NCBI GenBank assembly: GCA_964650465.1
Contig: CAZYTA010000003.1
Location: 32,268 to 96,267 of the forward strand
DNA length: 64,000 bases
Direction of reading: 5' to 3'
Source of the DNA: an uncultured Oscillospiraceae bacterium
Lineage (GTDB): Bacteria; Bacillota; Clostridia; Oscillospirales; SIG627
The notes under the pieces are model-generated. The model worked only from the letters and a program-made list of their open reading frames with translations. It was not told the DNA's origin and made no database searches. The stretch's first letter is position 1. Every line of letters begins with the position of its first letter. Positions 58,924-64,000 of this stretch are shown in pieces. Position numbers and translations under genes: made by a program.

Positions 58924-59093
58924 GATCCTTACCTCTTTTAGTAAAAATTTATAGAAGTACATACTTTAACAGTGTTATTATATAACTATTTTCCCAAAAA
59001 GTCAACCTCTAAAAAAAATATGTATAATAACACACAAATATGAAGCTTTCATATTGTACAAAATCACCCGAAGCAATGCTTCGGGTGAAATGA

Positions 59094-60374
59094 TTATTGA
59101 GGATCTATGGGGGTATCGGGGTCACTTACAATAACATCAAGTGAATACTTGCCTGTATTTGGGTCATCGCGTCTGAACCAGCGTCCGTTAGTGAAATCGG
59201 GCACTGCCACAGCCGTGCTTCCGTTTGCAATAGACATTTCGGAAAGAGGTCCGATAGCAAGCCAAGTTGCTGTATCATAGGGGTCGATGGGAGGTACAAC
59301 GCCGTTCTTTACACTTTCAACAAAGGCACGAAGCACCAGCCAGTCTATACCGCCGTGACCGCCCTTTGCCTGCATTTCGGCATATTCCTTGTGGAGAGGA
59401 TGGTCGTATTTCTCATAAAACTCCTCTTTGTTGTCAAAGTGTTTACCTTCTTCCATTCCGTCAAGGAAATAAGTGTGTTTACCCATTCCGCTCTCGTCAC
59501 ACATGCCCTTTGTGCCTCTGATGGTAAACTCACGGCTGTAGAAGGCTCTGGGGAGAGTTGTGTCAAGAGTGAGGTGGATAATCTCGCCGCCTGCACAGGT
59601 GATAATCGTAGTGATAATGTCGCCCTGGTTAAACTTCATTCCCGCAAAGGGATGGTCCTTGGAAACATGGTCCTCCATATAGGTTTCTATACCGCGAGCC
59701 TTTGAAGAAAATGCGGTAAGGGAAAGCATTCTGTTTCCGCGGTTGATGTTAAGGCATTTGGAAATAGGACCAAGCTCATGTGTAGGATAGTTTTCGCAGT
59801 TTCGGTTAAGATACTCTGCAAGACGGTAATGGTCGGTTACATAGTTTCCGTCCTTATCCTTCTGGAAAAATTCAACATGGTTGAGATAGTGGTGGTATGC
59901 ACCGTTAGCTTGAATTATCTCACCGAAAAGACCTTCCTTTATCATGCGGAGGGTCATCATCTCGTCTCTGCCGTAGCAGCAGTTTTCAAGCATCATAACG
60001 GGAACGCCTGTTTCCTCATAGGTTTTCACAAGGTCATAGCACTCGGAAATATCAAAAGCACAGCCTACCTCGATTGCGGCATATTTACCTGCCTTCATTG
60101 CATCCATTGCAAGCTTTACTCTCGAATTCCAGCTTGTCATGATAAACACTGCATCAATTTCCCCGTCAGCAAGTATGTCATTATAGTTTGTAGTGGTTTT
60201 GGGAGTTGGGTAATTCTTTTCGGCAAGAATACCGAGAATCTTGTCTATCTTTTTCTCGTTCAGGTCGCAGATGTACTTTATCTCCACGTCCTTCATTTCC
60301 GCAACACAGTATTGGAGCATTCCGGTGCCTCGTCTGCCGAGACCGATATAGCCTACCTTTATCTTTTCCTTCAT
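59094..60374 (-). CDS. Gfo/Idh/MocA-fold oxidoreductase, GH109-like (NAD-dependent glycosidase family)
   Basis: 426 aa. N-terminal VGYIGLGRRG Rossmann motif. Length and C-terminal region are typical of GH109 alpha-N-acetylgalactosaminidase-like proteins. No signal peptide. Confidence 0.45.
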   Translation of the reverse strand: MKEKIKVGYIGLGRRGTGMLQYCVAEMKDVEIKYICDLNEKKIDKILGILAEKNYPTPKTTTNYNDILADGEIDAVFIMTSWNSRVKLAMDAMKAGKYAAIEVGCAFDISECYDLVKTYEETGVPVMMLENCCYGRDEMMTLRMIKEGLFGEIIQANGAYHHYLNHVEFFQKDKDGNYVTDHYRLAEYLNRNCENYPTHELGPISKCLNINRGNRMLSLTAFSSKARGIETYMEDHVSKDHPFAGMKFNQGDIITTIITCAGGEIIHLTLDTTLPRAFYSREFTIRGTKGMCDESGMGKHTYFLDGMEEGKHFDNKEEFYEKYDHPLHKEYAEMQAKGGHGGIDWLVLRAFVESVKNGVVPPIDPYDTATWLAIGPLSEMSIANGSTAVAVPDFTNGRWFRRDDPNTGKYSLDVIVSDPDTPIDPQ

Positions 60375-60524
60375 AACAATTCTCCTTATGATTTGTTACG
60401 TTAAGTATAACATAGCGCTTTTTATATAGTCAAGAGGAAAATTCAACTTTTTTATGGACAAAACAATTATGGACAAAACAACAGGAAGTCTCCTTTTGCA
60501 TGTTGTTTCGTCCATATCATTTGG

Positions 60525-61307
60525 TTAATATGTATTTTCCGCTATCCAGCTTCTGATATATTCCGCCGTATCAAGTCCTACATCCGCAACACAGTTTGAG
60601 CATACGATAATACCGTGTATTCTTCCGTCTTCAATCCATCTTGCATAGGTTTCCACCTGCTTTTTCATAAGCTCCATGGGTATTGGACCGCAGTTACCGT
60701 AATCCCACAGATAACAGCCTGCGAATATCTTCTGCCCCTTGGTGAGAAGCTTTTCAAGCTTTTCAAGATTCTCTTCAAGGTTATTGATATTCTCGCTTCT
60801 CCATGTCCACATCGAAACGATATCACACTCGTTGAGCCTGTCCTTATACTCTTCAACTATCTCACGCTCGTAGATAACGCTCCAAAGGTCAAGTCCCTTT
60901 GAGTGAAGCTTCTCTGCATAACCGTGAAGCACATCGGGAGTATAAGCATTTCTCCTTGACTCATAGGAAAAGAAATCGTCCATAACTCCGCCCACAAGAT
61001 TTGGATACTTATCCGCAAGCTTCATTACTTCGTCTATATCCGAACCGCCGTTTGATGTTCTTGTTGTATCACTGTCGCCTATTATCGACCATGCTACCTT
61101 GGGAAAATCCGTAAGCTTGTCCATCTCACCGTCAAACGGAGGCTCAGGCAGATTTCCCATTGCTATTCTGCATATATTGGGAATGCCCAGATATTTCGCC
61201 CCCTCGGCGGCATCCATTTTATTTACACCGGGAATATTCCACGCTGTTATCTTGTGATGTGTTCCGGGGTCCTGTCCCCATATCCAGAAGCTGTCTCTTT
61301 TTATCAT
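60525..61307 (-). CDS. Hypothetical protein
   Basis: 260 aa and cytoplasmic. No recognisable motifs. Lies in a sugar-enzyme neighbourhood. Confidence 0.4.
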   Translation of the reverse strand: MIKRDSFWIWGQDPGTHHKITAWNIPGVNKMDAAEGAKYLGIPNICRIAMGNLPEPPFDGEMDKLTDFPKVAWSIIGDSDTTRTSNGGSDIDEVMKLADKYPNLVGGVMDDFFSYESRRNAYTPDVLHGYAEKLHSKGLDLWSVIYEREIVEEYKDRLNECDIVSMWTWRSENINNLEENLEKLEKLLTKGQKIFAGCYLWDYGNCGPIPMELMKKQVETYARWIEDGRIHGIIVCSNCVADVGLDTAEYIRSWIAENTY

Positions 61308-61418
61308 ATTTTTTACCTCTCAACAATTCTCAGGTACAATTATAACATTCCAAAAGCTGAATGTCAAAGCAAAAACGAATCAAAATATGGACTTTAAAAC
61401 CGTTTTTGTCATCCGTTG

Positions 61419-62822
61419 TTACTCTCTGCTGATGTTTGTACCGTAGACATAGACTGTAGAGCCGTTGGTTTTAAGCCCTGAATCCACCTGTATTTTGCGT
61501 GCCTTATCCAAAAAAGCTTTTGTACGTGCGGGGACACCCTCAGGCTTTGTGATTCCGTAGAATTTCTTGTAGAAGTTTTCGACGGTATCTGCAAGAGAGG
61601 ACAGTATATCTCCTACCTCTTCGCCCTCGGCGTATCTTCTCATAAGTATTCCCTCGCCCACGCTAAGACGCCATGTTTCGTTGAAATAGTTGTCATAAAG
61701 GAAGTGAGCAAACATAACAAGTCTCATGCTTCCGTAGAAGCGTGCTTCGTTTATATCCTTTGTGCATGCATCTGCGGCTACGGTATAGCCCTTCTTTATT
61801 GCCTCCAGAATTGCCTCGGTGGTATTGTCCTTGGCAAATATTACGGTAAAACGCCTTGCAAATCCCGCATCGCTGTCATGATTGTGAGAATCGGTTGAGC
61901 CCACAGGAGGAAGATAATTGCCCTGTAAAGCCTTATCCTGCCACAGTGCCAGCTGCATATTTATCTTTGTATAATGTATGCCGCCCATTACCTCAAAGGC
62001 GTCAAACATTTTACTGTCATACAGAAGCTCTATAAACTCCGACGATACGTTATAGCGGTTGGGACACCAATAGGGATGGGCAAATATTGCAAGTCCCCCT
62101 GCCTTATGTATTTCGTTGCACGCCCAATGAGCCATTGCAAGACGGCGGCGGTACTGCACATCCACATGTAGCAGAGTTTTTTCAATTTCGTCAACTGCCC
62201 TTTCATAGCCCTCGGGGTCTTTAATATATTTATCGCAAACACTTTCCTTGCCGCCCACATGAACTATATGCACAATTGACCCGGGGGTATGCACCTCTTC
62301 TCCGAGCATTATATGCATTCCCGTTTTTACGCCGTCAAGAAGCTCATTGGCAAGACATGAGGTATACATACGGTTGTGGTCGGTAAGCGCAAAAAAGTCA
62401 TAGCCCTCCTCGCGGTAATCCGCAGGAGTCATGGAAATACCGTCCTGACCGTCGGAATAATAGGTGTGTGTATGAAGGTCGCCCTTCAAGGGACGAAGCT
62501 CATACAAATCGGGTTCAACGGCGTAAAGGGATATCCTTATTTCCTTGTCTCCTTTTTTACAGAAGCGGATTGAATACTCCTGCTCCTTTTCAAAGGTGTG
62601 TCGGAATACGATACAGCCCTCTTTTATTTCAAAGGCGTGGTCGAGAGGAACTTTGTCATGGTAGTCAAGCTGGTCGTCAAGAAGCCCCACGACCCCCAAC
62701 TCGTACTCCCACTCGTCTCTGAAAATTCGTGATACATCTCTTGGCTTTACCCAAACCTCGGTTTCCGTTCCTGTGCAAACCACAGACGGATAACACATAT
62801 AGCGAACATGTGCATTTCTCAT
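61419..62822 (-). CDS. PHP-domain metal-dependent phosphoesterase with N- and C-terminal extensions
   Basis: GDLHTHTYYSDGQ is the PHP motif I, and …FALTDHN… is PHP motif II. RBS is AAAGGAGAAA. Confidence 0.6.
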   Translation of the reverse strand: MRNAHVRYMCYPSVVCTGTETEVWVKPRDVSRIFRDEWEYELGVVGLLDDQLDYHDKVPLDHAFEIKEGCIVFRHTFEKEQEYSIRFCKKGDKEIRISLYAVEPDLYELRPLKGDLHTHTYYSDGQDGISMTPADYREEGYDFFALTDHNRMYTSCLANELLDGVKTGMHIMLGEEVHTPGSIVHIVHVGGKESVCDKYIKDPEGYERAVDEIEKTLLHVDVQYRRRLAMAHWACNEIHKAGGLAIFAHPYWCPNRYNVSSEFIELLYDSKMFDAFEVMGGIHYTKINMQLALWQDKALQGNYLPPVGSTDSHNHDSDAGFARRFTVIFAKDNTTEAILEAIKKGYTVAADACTKDINEARFYGSMRLVMFAHFLYDNYFNETWRLSVGEGILMRRYAEGEEVGDILSSLADTVENFYKKFYGITKPEGVPARTKAFLDKARKIQVDSGLKTNGSTVYVYGTNISRE

Positions 62823-62879
62823 TTTATTTCTCCTTTAAAAATATTCCGTAATTCTTAAAAACAGATTCTATATACTCTG

Positions 62880-63086
62880 CTTCTGTTTCGGAAAGATTAA
62901 AATACATCCCTGACGAGCAATCCTTAAGCCGCAGGAGAGCATATCAGCGTAGGTGCGCTTTCCGTCAAAAAATCCCTTGATTTTTTCCGCCTCACCATCC
63001 TCGAGGTGTATGTCATACTGTGTCTGAGCAAGAAGCCAAAAGGGTTACAGCAGTTATAAACGCAAGCAATACTCTCAGCCTTTTCA
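62880..63086 (-). pseudogene. Disrupted small lipoprotein gene (frameshift/stop after signal peptide)
   Basis: Minus strand encodes MKRLRVLLAFITAVTLLASCSDTV then a stop. A different frame continues …DIHLEDGEAEKIKGFFDGKRTYADMLSCG…. Confidence 0.3.
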
Positions 63087-63114
63087 TAAAAGCACCTCAC
63101 ATCTCCGTTTTATT

Positions 63115-63222
63115 TGCTATGAAATCGCATTAAAACCAACCTCGCCGTTTTGCTTTGCCCGGAGGTATATATTTGGTTGCGATAGGCGAGCATTGCCGAC
63201 GGAGGCTCTCTGCTTTTTTTAC
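63115..63222 (+). repeat. Repeat family A, full copy
   Basis: GCTATGAAATCGCATTAAAACCAACCTCGCCG…GCGATAGGCGAGCATTGCCGACGGAGGCTCTCTGCTTTTTTT. Confidence 0.6.
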
Positions 63223-63475
63223 ATTGTAGCACACATTCGCCGAAAAGTAAACAAAAAAAGTTGCTGTCGCAAATTCGTTATAACTACACTTCGTTACGTT
63301 GTGATATGATATAAATTTCATTCTCGTCCCGAAGGGACATATCGCATTACTCGGTAATATATCGCACCGAAGGTATATCGCAAATTCCATTAGGAATTTA
63401 TATCAATTATCGATATAAAAACGACTCGTCTAAACAAGTCGTTTTTTCAGGCTGTTACGGACCATTATGGTACCG

Positions 63476-63721
63476 CTACTGTTTTTTGGATTTCATCCTT
63501 TTAAGAACGACAAACCAAAGAAAAAAAGAAATTAAAATCAAAACTGTGGCTACGATGGAAATTATAAAATGTACATCTATAAAAAGTTCGACTATGTTAA
63601 TTATTGAGCCTATAAGAAGACAAACAGATGCCATCAAATCTACCGCTTTGATTTTATCCATATTATCACCCCCCTTAATGTGATTATAGCACGCTTTCAC
63701 ATGTAAATCAATGCGAAGCAT
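63476..63721 (-). CDS. Small hypothetical membrane protein
   Basis: 81 aa with two TM helices. Coding status is uncertain. Confidence 0.3.
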   Translation of the reverse strand: MLRIDLHVKACYNHIKGGDNMDKIKAVDLMASVCLLIGSIINIVELFIDVHFIISIVATVLILISFFLWFVVLKRMKSKKQ

Positions 63722-64000
63722 TGAAAAAACTTCTTACATTATGTACTATTACTTATTACTTTCCAAAAATCGACCAAACCATAAAAACAGTGAAAAGTAA
63801 AAATCCCGTAACTTACGTTACGAGGATTTTGGAAAGGTGTATAATAAAATTAATCTATGTGTTCGAACTCCCGCATATTTAATCAACGGCTTTGCCGTTG
63901 TATATCATCAATTTCGAAGAAATTGCATATCATCAAGACAAAGTCTTGTATATCATCATTGCGAAAGAGTTTTTGATACACACCTTCGGTGTGATGAGAT

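Noticed and set aside
1-64000. CRISPR arrays, rRNA/tRNA genes, transposase/integrase genes, restriction-modification or other defence cassettes
   Set aside because: No direct-repeat/spacer periodicity was seen. No ORF has nuclease, helicase, methyltransferase-MTase or recombinase signatures. The only SAM-methyltransferase is a small-molecule class I type in a housekeeping operon.

Overview
This 64-kb window looks like a low-GC Gram-positive chromosome (Clostridia, Ruminococcaceae/Oscillospiraceae-like, roughly 43-45% GC). It is almost entirely coding, with about 50 protein-coding genes.

Housekeeping and transport genes, in order:
- A 5'-truncated MFS transporter at the window edge.
- A SulP anion permease and an Lrp regulator.
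- A THF riboswitch followed by folT and folC.
- An FMN riboswitch followed by a RibU-like ECF S-component.
- PFK, Hsp33 (hslO), a MATE exporter, dsdA, and argG-argH with an ARG-box operator.
- A DUF1836/NfeD/flotillin operon and a ClC chloride channel.
- A CapA/CapB BY-kinase pair.

A large carbohydrate-utilisation region runs from about 26 kb to 46 kb, with further sugar genes at 59-63 kb:
- Six AraC-type regulators across the window, one with a PocR sensor domain.
- Several Gfo/Idh/MocA and zinc-dependent dehydrogenases.
- A GH127 beta-L-arabinofuranosidase.
- A psicose-epimerase-like TIM barrel and an L-fucose-isomerase-like gene.
- A 1537-aa protein with SLH cell-wall anchor domains.
- Two tandem paralogous 645-aa proteins of unknown function, glycosidase-like.
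- A GH109-like oxidoreductase and a PHP phosphoesterase.
- A serpin lipoprotein and a 1208-aa BspA-type LRR surface protein also sit in this part of the window.

No rRNA, tRNA, CRISPR array or classical transposase gene was found. The most unusual content is non-coding:
- A 157/276-bp element bounded by ~20-bp terminal inverted repeats. It occurs twice, each time directly in front of the RBS of a minus-strand gene.
- A ~110-nt repeat family (core CCTATGAAATTGCATTAAATCAACCTCGCCG) in at least 6 full or partial copies, always immediately after a terminator-like hairpin plus T-run.
- A two-copy hairpin repeat (GGACCG...CGGTCC-CTACAATTT).
- ~65-bp inverted repeats flanking a small CrtO-like acyltransferase gene.
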